Assembly (NCBI GenBank): GCA_038087875.1
Contig: CM075988.1
Span: 5,828,001-5,892,000 of the forward strand
Source of the DNA: Malacoraja senta
Taxonomy: Eukaryota
Direction: 5' to 3'
Length of the DNA stretch: 64,000 nt
Shown: in pieces, positions 1 to 12,246 of the stretch
Layout of the letters: every line of letters begins with the position of its first letter
Numbering within the stretch: the stretch's first letter is position 1
Notes under the pieces: generated by a model
What the model saw: only the letters and a program-made list of their open reading frames with translations
The model's database searches: none
What the model was told of the DNA's origin: nothing
Position numbers and translations under genes: made by a program

Positions 1-105
1 TCTTTGAGCAATGGAGGAAACAGGAAGGAGTTCATTCCCTCAAGGGTAGTAGCATATTTCTATTTACTGCATCTAGGCCCCACGATTTTATTAAGCTCAG
101 TTTTA

Positions 106-747
106 AGGGCCTGTCCCACTTGGGCCGTCACTTACGCGACAGGCCAGTAATGACGGTCACGTGACGGTCCCGCGAGTGTCGCACACATCATCATGCGTCC
201 GCACAGCCGTCTGGAGCGCGTGACGTCATTTGAAGATATAGACACAAAATGCAGGAATAATTCAGCGGGACCGGCAGCATCTCTGGAGAGAAGGAATGGA
301 TGATGTTTCGGGCCGAGACTCTTCTTCAGTCTGAAAGAAGGGTCTTGACCTGAAACGTCACCCATTGCTTCTCTCCAGAGATGCTGCCGGTCCCGCTGAG
401 TTACTCCTGCATTTTGTGTCTATCTTCAATTTTCTTGGCCCCGCTCTGGGAGTAGGAGTGGGGGCGGATCCGGATCCGCAACAGCCGTGAGCCCCAGGCC
501 GAGTTCGACGATCGTTTGCCTGCTTCTGCTGCTGTTGGAGGTGAGACGTGGCATCGCGCCAGGGTCTTGGGCCTGTCCCACTTTGGCCGACAGTTATGCG
601 ACGGTAGCGCGTGAAGATTTTGTGCAGGACGAAGTCCACACTCCTCCACACCACTCCACAGTCCTCCATGCGCCCGTCCCCGCGCTACTCACACGATAGC
701 AGGTCGCGTAAATGGCGCGCGAAAGACAGCCAAATGGGACAGGCCCT
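106..747. mobile_element. PIF/Harbinger-type MITE with nested palindromic repeat
   Basis: TIRs AGGGCCTGTCCCA / TGGGACAGGCCCT, TTA duplication at 103-105 and 748-750, CpG-rich interior. Confidence 0.75.
231..430. repeat. Palindromic Penelope-derived short element with back-to-back hammerhead-like cores
   Basis: About 100-bp arms in inverted orientation centred on cttcag-t-ctgaa; same family recurs throughout the window. Confidence 0.75.
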
Positions 748-2734
748 TTAGTCTCCCCTTGGCTTCTTTAATCTACTATAAAAGATATACCTAGTATACC
801 TAATCTTTCCACTTAACTAAATGTTAATCTTGTAAATTCATGTCTCCTTTTCTTGGAATTATTCAAGCAGTGATCAAACTGTTACGGAGTTCTAGCATAA
901 CTCCTATTCTATGCCTCGGCTAACAAAGGAATGCATTTCTAATGACATTTTAGCTTTGAGGATCTCTGCAGATACACTCCAAAGTCGACTGCATAGCTCC
1001 TGACCTCTCCACAAAATTGTAAAGATAGATGCTTTCTTCAGACGCCTCCCATAAAAACATTACATTTTCTGAGAATTGCCCAGGGTTAGCACTTTTGTTC
1101 AAAACTAGCTTTGTCCCCAACTTTCCCCACCTGCCTCCAAATTGTACTTAACTTACATTCTTACAGGTGCACATAATCAAGTGTCCCCAAGTGTCTTCTG
1201 TAAAATAAAGGTTACTATTTCCTCATAAGCCTTTAATTCTGCTTGAATGCCTTGGATGGTCCTATTCACTTGCTTTAACAAAGTAATGCAACATGTGGTT
1301 ATATAATATCTCTCTGCCGCACGTATTTTGTTAATAGTTAAATGTTGTAAGACAATGATCTGCAAGGGGAATTTGTCTGTCAGAGAAAAATATCTACAAT
1401 TTGCCTTGCACCTTATAACTGGGAGATAGAAGTAACTGAGGACTGAGTAATTGTATATTGAGTTTATTTAAAGTTTATTACATGGGCTTACGTTGCATGT
1501 ATTCTACAGTAGATATAGTAGGACAATTATGAAGCAACTAGGTGTTATTGACAGCTTTTATGGTCATTTCCTTTTGCAAAAAAAAAAAATGGGTAGCAAA
1601 AAGAAAAAAATGAATAGGTGGCAAATTTCCACAGGGAATAGGAGATAGAGTGGGCCATTCAGACGCAGGCCTGCTCCAGCATTAGTCAAGATCACGGCTG
1701 ATCTTCTACCTCAACACTAATGCCCATGACTGCTTGGAGACTGTAGGATTGTGCATAATACAATCAATTATGAGATTAGTAAAGGGAAAGAACATTATGG
1801 GATGTTTAGGGCTAGAAAAGGTTAATAGTACACTATATATCTGCCAAAGCATGATAGGACACTGTATTTAACGACTAGCTCATCTGTACTATATTGAATT
1901 TGCTGGGAAAGTTATGTGTTTATCATCAATCAAGTGCGTTTCACTTTTATGGAGGAGAAATGGAGTAGGGATGCAAAATCTAAAGTGCTTTAGGTACCAA
2001 ATGAAATGCGAATGTGGGGGCAGCTTCAAATTGACCTTGGAAAATCTTGGCAATTTGACTTCAAAATGTACCACGGAATGAAATTTTACTTTTCCTTTTG
2101 TTGTACTCCATGTTCATGGGTTGTTTAACTTTCCTTTTTCCTACGCAGAGGCTTTGTTGCTAACTCTGTGTGCCCCATTTCTAAATGTGCTATTTTCTGC
2201 ATTGATTGTATAATGTTGCCACATATTAAATTCACCGACTGACCTTCGCTGACAAAAATCACTCCAATCGTCTGCAGAGTTACCAATGAGGTATTAAACA
2301 AAACTTTGATAGTTTACCCAACTTTCCTGACCTTTGTAGCGAGCTTGTTTTTTAATCTGAACCAAAGAGCTAATAGCACATCCTGGATTAACCGAGTTAC
2401 AGTAACAAGCGATTTAATATGATCACAAGATTTTTGAACAATGATATGCTGACAGCCCAACAGCTGGGGTAGCAGCTGAGGTGCTACAATGAACTTCAAT
2501 GTCCAGGAGTGGGAGAGAGGAATTAATATTGTGGGTCTAAATACTAGAAGTAAATGTGCATCAATGTCTGACGAAAATAAATATTTGGATCAAACATCCC
2601 CAAAAACTCGAGGTTAACATTTTACATTTGAATAGCTATGGTCTTTGAGCCCATTGTTGCATTAAAACCTTATCCCAACAAGAGTTAATAATTAAAAAAA
2701 CAAAATGAATAGAAAATCAGTCTGCTCTTTCTTT

Positions 2735-2948
2735 AGACTTAGAACTTTAGAGATACAGCACGGAAACAGGCCCTTTGTCCCACCGATCAGCGATCACCCC
2801 GTACACTAGCCAGGGCACCTGGAGAAAGCTCATGCAGCCACAGGGAGAAAGTACAAACTCCATACAGACAGCATCTGTAGTCAGGATCGAACCCGAGTCT
2901 CTGGCGCATTAAGACAGCAACTCTTCCGCTGCGTCACTGTGCTGCCCC
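2735..2948 (-). mobile_element. tRNA-derived SINE copy (internally deleted)
   Basis: Reverse B box aggatcgaaccc and same tail. Confidence 0.75.
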
Positions 2949-4056
2949 AAAGACTGCTGACTTCAATAGGCTTTAAACAACTGCTTTAAGCCTATTAACT
3001 TTAGACTTAACCAACTAGCTTTAACTAACTGCTAACATGCTTGTGAATGGACAGCAAGAGTGAGAGCTGTCCAAATATGATAAAACAAACTTCAAATAAC
3101 TGATCTGCATGAGCAAGGGAGAAGGAGCATTAGCTGAATTTCTCATCTCAGGCTGAGCTTCCAGTACTTTGCCAACACTCTAGTGGAATTATCAAACGGA
3201 AAGGCTGAAAGCAGTCAGGGATTGCTCACTTGTTTCAAGTGAAAAGCAGCCATCCCTCAAGTACTTTGTTGACAATACATCGCCCAGTGCCAAACGCTAT
3301 TTATGCAGCATGATGTAAACGGTAAAAAAGGTGGGACCCAAGTGTTCCTGGGCTTACTATTTGTGGTAAGGATGTGGTAAGACGACCACAACTCGTATGG
3401 ATGCATGATATTTGTGTCTCAGATGTTAGTAGTATTTCCGTGGCTGTACCTCACAACAGTTGGGTGCTGAGTAAGACACCACATAAATTCTATAGGGAGC
3501 TGCAAAATCAAACTGGTTAGATATCTGCTGCATATAGGCTTAACAGGCTGGATGGAAGGAGGATGCTTCCCCTGACCGAGGAACCAAGGGACAAATTTCA
3601 GAATAAGGAGGAGGCTATTTAAGGAGTTTAAAGTAGATGGCAGGATGTGTTTTCATAAAAACACAGAAGATGGTGGCTGCCAGCTGTGGTGATGAGGACA
3701 GATATGAGAGTGGTGTTGAAGAGGCTTTTAGAAAGGCACATGGATATGGAGGGAATGGAGGGATATGCATCACGAGCAGACAGAGAGATTAGTTGAACCG
3801 TGCATCATGTTAGGCATAGACATTGTGGGACAAAGGGCCTGTTCCTGTGCTGTACTTCTACCTGGTCTATTTAAGACTACTAGATGAAATGTCTTCATGC
3901 AGAAGGTGATGAACCCTTGGAATTCTGTGGGGGCTCAGTCATTGCTGGAAAGTGGCACTGAAGTAGAAATTCAGGCATAAAGAATGACAAAGCAGGTTTG
4001 AAGGGCCAAATGGCCGACTCTTGCTGTAACTTATGCTCTTATTTATATGTTCTTAC

Positions 4057-4158
4057 CCACCACCTCTCCATGACACGGATACACGCCCATTGAGATGGCC
4101 TTCCTACGAAATGCATTCAGAAGGAGCCACGGATCGAACCAGCCTTCGTTTTCCAAAC
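4057..4158 (-). CDS. FOXRED1: FOXRED1 exon (102 nt)
   Basis: tag|GTTTGGAA...GTGG|gtaaga; contains ENEGWFDPW. Confidence 0.92.
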
Positions 4159-7100
4159 CTACACCACAGAGCACAAGAAGATGAGCAACGTGCAGCCAAG
4201 CTCAGATTAGTTTGCACATTCATTTCACTGCAGCGCCATTTCCATCTGTATTGCATTGGATAACAACCTAGACTCCAGCATCGCAAGAGCAGGATTTCAG
4301 CCCTAGTCCAGATGCAATTATAAAGTACAGATCCAAAACTAACTATTCCAAATGCACAACAGATGCACTTCAAACTGTGATTGAACAAAATCAGCATTGG
4401 GAATTGGGAGGCAAGTGTGTATTATTTCTTTCTTCTATCACTGGTGAGGAATGTGAAGAACCTCCCCGCTGCTTCTGGGATAATTTCCAACCTTAAAATC
4501 CACATGCCCAATAGTTTACCAATATGACAAACTGGTAGTAATGGATTTAAGATTTATCCAAGGTTGATGACATGCATGACAGCAAATTGTATAATGCCTT
4601 GAATTAAAAAAAAAAAAGTCAACCTTACTTTAAAATTCTCCAGTCTTCCTCCATTTTTCTCTAATTTCATTTTCTACAATTCTGAGCTATCTATCTCCTC
4701 ATCATTCCCAAATCGAAATCACCCTTGGGAGTCTTGCCTTCAGCTCTGACATGTTGTCATTTACTTATCTGCCTCTTTCATTAGGCATGTCTTACAGCCA
4801 AATGGTAAGGTTTGACCATGTCCCATAATGTATGTTTATGGGCTTTTGTGTCAAATTTGTTAATACCCCTGTGAAGATCCTCAGGCTGTTCGCCAACATT
4901 AAACCATTAAAATAAACTATTTATTGTGACATCTTGGCGTTTAACCCAGACCTCTCTGTTACGGTTCGACATTGATTCTCCTATCTGCCAGACACAGGTT
5001 TTGTTTTTCAGCAGACCCATCCTCATTCTTGGTTCTAAGACCACAGGTAAAATGTTCCCAGTCTCAACAGTAACATCATTCCAGAAATTCAATAGGTTGA
5101 CTACTGAACAGAATGGAAAAGCTATAGCTTTCAGTTCCTTCCATTAATCTTGGGGGATCCATTGCTGGGGTAGAATGGTTGGTGTTACATGCTGCATGTA
5201 GTTATTCTGGCACTTGAGTAGGGTTTGGTTATTTTAACTAAAGCTTAGTAAAATGCAATGATGTTTTACACACAAAGTTATAAACAGTCTTTAGACTTTA
5301 GAGATAGTGCGGAAACAGGCCCTTCGGCCCACTGAGTCCGTGCCGACTAGCGAACACGCTAGCACTATCCTACACACTAGGCACAATGAAAAAATGTTTC
5401 ACCAAAGCCAATTAACCTACAAATCTGTACGTCTCTGGAGTGTGGAAGGAAACCAGAGTACCCGGAGAAAACCACGTGGTCATAAGGAGAACATGCAAAC
5501 TCCGTATAGACAGTACCATAGTCAGAATTGAACCCGGGTCTCTGGAGCTCAAGGCAGCAACTCTACTGCTGCGCCAATGTGAAAAGTCATTTCTTAAAAA
5601 TAAATATAATTTTCATTAAATTGGTTACTCTCCATGGTGGACTCACCATATGAAGCTAAAGCTACACCTTCTGTGTTGATCCACGGGAATTTCCTCTGTA
5701 ACTGCTGTGGTGTTAAGAGGGTGACTGCTGCTCCCTCATCCCTGAAAGCAGTAAACGTTACATCAGCCCTATCTTCATATTTACCTCATCAGCTGATTCA
5801 TTTTCACTGAAATTGGAGACTCCCCCATAAATTTGAAGGTAATGCTGACATCTACATTGGGTGACAGTGGCACAACTGGTAAAGTTGCTGCCTCAGTGCC
5901 AGAGACCTCGTTTCTGTGTAAGGTTTGCACATTCTCTCTGTGACCATGTGGGTTTTCCTCTAGGTGCCCCGATTTCCTCCCACATCCCAAAGATTTGCGG
6001 GTTTGTAGGTTGATTGGCCTCTGTAAATTGCCCCAAGTGCGTAGGGATGAGAAAATGGGACAACAAAACTAGTGTGAATAGGTGATCGATGATAGGTGTG
6101 GAAACAGGCAGCACACACCCCACTCACCATAAATGGCAGTGCAGTGGAGTCTGTGAAAAGCACCAAGTTCCTGGGAGTACACATCACAGATGATCAGACA
6201 TGGTCCACCAACACCATCTCCCTAGTCAAGAAAGCACAGCAACGCCTCCACTTCCTTCGACGGATGAGGAGAGCCGACCTCCCCCCTTCTGCCCCTCACA
6301 ACTTTTTACAGGGGTGCCATTGAGAGCATTCTTACCAGCAGTCTCTCAGTCTGGTATGGCAGTTGCTCTGCTGCTGACCAGAAGGCCCTACAGAGAGTGG
6401 TGAGGACAGCGGAGAAGATCACTAGATCACCCCAACCAGCAATTCAAGACTTATACCCATCTCGCTGTCGCAAGAGAGCAACCAATATCATCAAAGACAC
6501 CACCCACCCAGCACACAAACTGTTCACCCTCCTACCATCCGGCAAGCGCTACCGCAGCATGCGGAGCAAAACCACAAGATTCAAAAATAGCTTTTTCCCT
6601 CAGGCCATCAGACTACTCAACACACTCAAGAAAATTCCATGAACATTACACAAAGACCAACTGACTGTCAAATTAACTTTAACCCAATGTCTGCAGTATG
6701 CTACTTGCACTTTTCTATATTGCACCTTTTATTAATGAATATTTTATATAATGTATATGTCCATTGTCTATTATTATTGGTATACTGTCTGTCTGTGTTA
6801 TAAATATTACTTGCACATTGGAGTATAGGGAAACGCAATTTCAATCCTCTGTGTAACTACTTGTTACATTATTTGAATTGACAATAAAGTTACTATTACT
6901 ATTACTATTTGGCAGGCAGAGGGGCCTGTTATCATGCTGCATCTCTAAATTAAACTCACCGCAATGAGGTCATATAAATATTATTAACAGTGGTAGTCTG
7001 AAGAAGGGTCAATAGACAATAGGTGCAGGAGTAGGCCATTCGACCCTTCGAGCCAACACAGCCATTCAATGTGATCATGGCTGATCATCCACATTCAGTA

Positions 7101-9098
7101 CCCCATTCCTGCCTTCTCCCCATATCCCCTGGCTCCACTATCTTTAAGAGCTCTATCTAACTCTCTCTTGAAAGCATCCAGAGAATCAGCCTCCACTTCC
7201 TTCTGAGGCAGGGAATTCCACAGATTCACAACTCTGGGTGAAAAGGTTTTTCCTCATCTCCGTTCTAAATGGCTACCCTTTATTCTTAAACCGTGGCCCC
7301 TGGTTTTGCACTCCCCCAACATCGAGAACATGTTTCCTGCCTCTAGCGTGTCCAACCCTGAATAATCTTATGTTTCAATAAGTTTCCCTCTCATCCTTTT
7401 AAATTCCAGTGTATAGAAGCCCAGTCTCTCCATTCTTTCAACATATGACAGTCCAGCCATCCCGGGAATTAACCTTGTGAATTTACGCTGCACTCCCTCA
7501 ATAGCAAGAACGTCCTTCCTCAAATTTGGAGACCAAAACTGCACACAATACTCCAGGTGTGGTCTTACCAGGGCCCAGTACAACTGCAGAAGGACCTCTT
7601 TGCTCCCATATTCAACTCCTCTTGTTATGAAGGTCAACATGCCATTAGCTTTCTTCACTGCTGTACCTACATGTTTACTTTCATTGACTGATGTACAAGG
7701 ACACCCAGATCTTGTTGTACTTCCCCCTTTTCCTAACTTGACACCATTCAGATAATAATCTTCCTTCCTGTTCTTGCCACCAAAGTGGATAACGTCACAT
7801 TTATCCACATAAACTGCATCTGCCATGCATCTTCCCACTCATCCAACCAGTCCAAGTCACCCAGCATCCTCCTCACTGTTCACCACTGCCACCCAGCTTT
7901 GTGTCATCTGCAAATTTGGTAATGTTACTTTTAATCCCTTCATCTAAATCATTAATGTATATTGTAAATAGCTGTGGTCCCAGCACAGAGCCTTGCGGTA
8001 CCCCACTAGTCACTGCACGCCATTCTGAAAGGGACCCGTTAATCCCTACTCTTTGTTTCCTGTCTGCCAACCAATTATATATCCATGTCAGTACCCTACC
8101 CCCCTATACCATGTGTTCTAATTTTGCCCACTACTCCCCTCTGGGGGACTTTATCAATGGCTTTCTGAAAGTCTAGGTACACTACATCCACTGCTCTCCC
8201 TTGTCCATTTTCCTAGTTACATCCTCAAGAAATTCCAGAAGATTAGTCGAGCATGATTTCCCCTTCATAAATCCATGCTGACTCGGACCGATCCTGTTAC
8301 TGCTATCCAAATGTGCGATACTTCATCTTTTATAATTGACGCCAGCATCTTTCCCACCACCGATGTCAGGCTAACTGGTCTATAATTCCCCGTTTTCTCT
8401 TTCCCTCCTTTCTTAAAAAGTGGGATAACATTAGCTACCCTCCAACCCACAGGAACTGATCCTGAGTCTATAGAACATTGGAAATGATCACCAACGCGTC
8501 CACAATTTCTAGAGCTACCTCCTTAAGTATACTGGGATGCAGACCATCAGGCCCTGGGGATTTATCAGCCTTCAGTCCCATCAGTCTACCCAACACCATT
8601 TCTTGCCTAATGTGAATTTCGGGTCCTAATCCGAAACGTCACCTATCCATGTCTCCCAGAAGATGGAGATCTGATCACCTTCCAACCAGCTGGACGGACT
8701 CATCTTGAGTGTTACCTTGTGTGGACACAAATTAGGCTTAAAGTTGAAGGTGTGGGAGATGCTCAGCAAATCAGACAGCATAAGTAGAGAGAGAAAAAAA
8801 ACAAAATTCATATTTTGAGTCAATTCCCTTCTATTAGAAGACTGCAAAACTCAGTTCTAATGCAAGCCCATCAACCCGAAACATTAACCGGAGGCAAAAT
8901 CCTTAAAGGTAACAGTTATTGCTTATTCCAACATTAGTGAAACCCTGGTCTGGCAGGATTTAGCTTTCAAATATCTCACCGCTGAATACGGTAATTTTCT
9001 GCCATAATATCACTCTGCTCCTTCCCAGCTAAGAGTAGATATCCCGATGGATTGAACTGAACATCCACGGGGTCCTCATTCACCACATTCAGATGTTC
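4057..9098 (-). CDS. FOXRED1: FAD-dependent oxidoreductase domain-containing protein 1 (complex I assembly factor), partial: 3 internal exons
   Basis: Minus-strand exons 9098-8980, 5741-5647 and 4158-4057 have AG/GT boundaries with compatible phases. They translate to [105 protein letters not shown], matching recalled vertebrate FOXRED1. The divergent position relative to SRPRA is as in human. Not in the ORF track. Confidence 0.92.
5290..5580 (-). mobile_element. tRNA-derived SINE copy
   Basis: Same family as 39102. Confidence 0.75.
5647..5741 (-). CDS. FOXRED1: FOXRED1 exon (95 nt)
   Basis: ttcag|GGATGAG...TATG|gtgagt; contains [16 protein letters not shown]. Confidence 0.92.
5862..6096 (+). 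mobile_element. tRNA-derived SINE copy (interrupted by LINE)
   Basis: Same family; 3' end at about 6910-6955. Confidence 0.65.
6100..6909 (+). mobile_element. Rex1/Babar-type LINE 3' fragment inserted in a SINE
   Basis: [53 protein letters not shown]; (TACTAT)n tail; SINE resumes at about 6910. Confidence 0.75.
7011..8620 (-). mobile_element. CR1 LINE, 5'-truncated
   Basis: [37 protein letters not shown]; short CTATTGT-type tail; GGGTC duplication at 7006-10 and 8621-25. Confidence 0.92.
8980..9098 (-). CDS. FOXRED1: FOXRED1 exon (119 nt)
   Basis: cag|GAACATCTG...CAGCG|gtgaga; contains [10 protein letters not shown]. Confidence 0.9.
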
Positions 9099-9344
9099 CT
9101 GTTGGGCAGACATAAAATGAGCTTGCCTCAATTAATTTGTTGCTTTCGATAACTGCCAAGAATATTACTAATTTACCACATAGTTTTCCCATAATAATGT
9201 CCCACTGAGTGTTCAGAGACTGCAACTTTAAGGTTAGATAAATACGTTACTATGCATGTACAATTTCTGGTAATTTTTTGTCAGCCAATTTAAGTTTTAA
9301 AGTATAGACTTTGATACTGTCTGCAACAATGTTAAAAGGAGAGA

Positions 9345-9544
9345 NNNNNNNNNNNNNNNNNNNNNNNNNNNNNNNNNNNNNNNNNNNNNNNNNNNNNNNN
9401 NNNNNNNNNNNNNNNNNNNNNNNNNNNNNNNNNNNNNNNNNNNNNNNNNNNNNNNNNNNNNNNNNNNNNNNNNNNNNNNNNNNNNNNNNNNNNNNNNNNN
9501 NNNNNNNNNNNNNNNNNNNNNNNNNNNNNNNNNNNNNNNNNNNN
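9345..9544. other. Assembly gap (200 N)
   Basis: Run of N in the sequence. Confidence 1.
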
Positions 9545-10084
9545 GTGCTTTGTGGGATTCTGATATTGTAATCTGATATATTGAGGATGCCCAATCTGAG
9601 ATGTATCTAATACTTGCCATGAAGATCCCATAAATAGGCTGTGTTAATTGTAAATATAGATGATTCATGGTAGTTCTGAAAAGTGGCGTAGTATTCTGAA
9701 TTTTATCCAATTTCTTCAAATTTAAATAAAATTTCCAGTTTGGAAACATTGATTAAAACTTCAAATTTTACCCATTTAATGATGGTCATGATTTGCTATC
9801 TTGTTTTCCAAATGAGATTTGTTCTACTTTCACTAATCTTGGTAGAAATAGGGAGTAGGTTGTTTGCCACCTTTTTCCTGCTCAATCTATCTTCACAAAA
9901 TAATCAAACGTGCAGATTGCATCTACAATAGACATGGACAATTGATTGATAATAAACTGCTTTATCTTAGAATATTGCATTCATTTTGTAATTACAGTGA
10001 TATATTTCCAGTCAGGGTGAAGTGTGATCGGAGAAAGAATTGTACAAATACAGTATGAACCAGTTTCTGTTCAGGGGGTCTTAT

Positions 10085-10635
10085 TGATGCAGTTTTTACA
10101 GGACTTTAGGCCACATTTGGAGTATTGCATGCAGTTCTGGTTGCCCCATTAAATAAATGATGTGAAAGCTTTGGGAAGTGTGCAGAGGAGGCCTGAATTA
10201 GGGGATGTTAGTTTCAGGGAGAGGTTGCACAGACTTGGATTGTTTTCTCATGAGTCACGGAGGTTGCGGGGTGACCTGATAGAAGTATATCAAATTGAGA
10301 GGAATAGGCAGAGTACACAGTCAGAGCCTTTCGCCCAGGATGGACAATTAAGTACCAGAGAGTATAGTTTTAATGTGAGCAGGGTGATGTTTAAAGGTGA
10401 TTTGTGGGTGGTTATTTGGAGGGTGGTGAGTGCCTGGAAAATGCTTTCGGGGGTAGTGGTTGAGGCAGATATGATAGTGACATTTTAGGGATTTTTGGAT
10501 AAGCATATGGATATGCAGGGAATAAGGAGATATGGATTCTGTGCGGGCAGTTAAGATTTGGTCTTGCCATCATGTTCGGCGCAGACATTGTGGGGTAAGG
10601 GCCTGTTCCTGTGCTGTATCATTGTATGTTCTACG
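10085..10635 (+). mobile_element. CR1 3' fragment
   Basis: RLRGDLIEVY; tail gggcctgttcctgtgctg. Confidence 0.75.
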
Positions 10636-12162
10636 GTATAGTGAGTGGTTGAGTGTAAAGGAACTGCAGATATTGAAATTGTGAGCAAAACACAGAGTGC
10701 TGGAGGAACTCAGCTGATCAGGCCACCTCGATGGAGAAAATGGACAGACGATGTTTTGGTGTTGGATTGGGTTCTTCAGACTGGAGAAGGCCCCAAACAT
10801 CGCCTGTCCATTTCCTCCATAGATGTTGCCTAGCCTGTTGAGTTCTGCCAGCACTTTTTTTCATCGTGTTCTAAGATATAGTGAGTGCTTCTTCCATTTT
10901 TTTACTTGCAGCAACAAGTCTTTGCTCAGATTGCCTGCAACTTGTTTTTCTTCAAGTACCTCAGAATTCTTGTCTTTAGGGGAATTTTGTTTTTATCCTG
11001 TTGTCTCCAAAGACCCGGTGGGGTATTGATGCTACAGGTGCAGAACCATTCCCTGGTGAAGCATGTTTTTGAAGTGGTTTTTTTCAGCTGTTGCTATTTT
11101 AATGATTTAGTTGAACTGCTGACATGATAGCATGAAGGAAGAACAAGCTTGCCTTTCATGTCATCAAGGCATCTTGCAGCAAGCGTACTAGCCAATTTAC
11201 ATGCAGCCATGTACCACACAAGCTTTGGTTTTGATGGTTGTAGTGGAAATTGAATTATTTAAAAGCTGATAAAATGTGTAGGAAGGAACTGCAGATGCTG
11301 GCTTATACTGAAGATAGATGCAAAATGCTGGAGTAATTCAGCAGGTAAAGCAGCATTTCTAAAAGAGAAAAATAGGTGATGTTTCTGCTAGTATGAGGAA
11401 GGGTTCTGACCTGAAACATCACCTATTCTTCATTTAAAGGCTGACTTTGTGAAAATGCAACAAACAGCGAGTTAATTAAATCAATAAGCAATGTTTACCC
11501 ATTTGATACAGAACATAACATTAGAATGTTATATTTGGGTGTTGACAAGATTTCTACTGTCACTAGGTTTCTATCCATAGCCATAGGCAGCGAGTAACAA
11601 TGAATTACTTTGCTGCAGGGATCACATCCAGCTGACAACCCTTGTTACATTTTCTAATAGGAAGCTGGCCATCAATTAGAAACAAGAGTTCTTATGTTTT
11701 ATATCAAATTACATTACACTTACTATTCAAAATATAAAACAAAAAAAATTACTGAGATGTAATTTTGATTTGGAAAAAATAACTTTCATGCATTCATTTG
11801 CATCTCAAGCTTGCAATTCACCTTCATACAATTTCCAAAATAGCATTTTGTAGTGGACTTAGTTTCCTAGGGTTGCCAGCTGAAGACAGTAATTGCTGAG
11901 GAGGTTTACATGGACAATTGCATTGGAAATTTGAAGATGGCTTTTATAATGGATAAAGTTCATGGGAATTAGTGCATCATATTTTAAGTACATTATCTGA
12001 CAGACAAGCAAATGGATTTGGAAATTAGTCATCACTAGCATTACTATTTGTGCACTATATTTCAAAGAAATTTCAAACATTCTCTGGGCATCCTTATGTT
12101 CTTGATTATCGTAAAAGTATAAATGTGTTTACGTTAAAAGATTGATTATTCCCCTTCTGCAG

Positions 12163-12246
12163 GAGAGAGGAGGAAACAACTCATTCACTCATGAAGCCCT
12201 CACTCTTAAATACAAGCTGGACAATGAGTTTGAATTGTTGTTTGTG
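12163..12246 (+). CDS. SRPRA: SRPRA exon 2
   Basis: [28 protein letters not shown]; cag|...|gtgagt. Confidence 0.93.

Noticed and set aside
132..699. Cluster of short ORFs at window start
   Set aside because: Lie within a MITE and nested palindromic repeat; the recurring peptides ([16 protein letters not shown]) are translations of the repeat.
750..4050. Further FOXRED1 3' exons
   Set aside because: No segment I could confidently match; probably beyond the window start or too diverged to see by eye.
9250..9749. ORFs spanning X runs
   Set aside because: Artefacts of the N gap.
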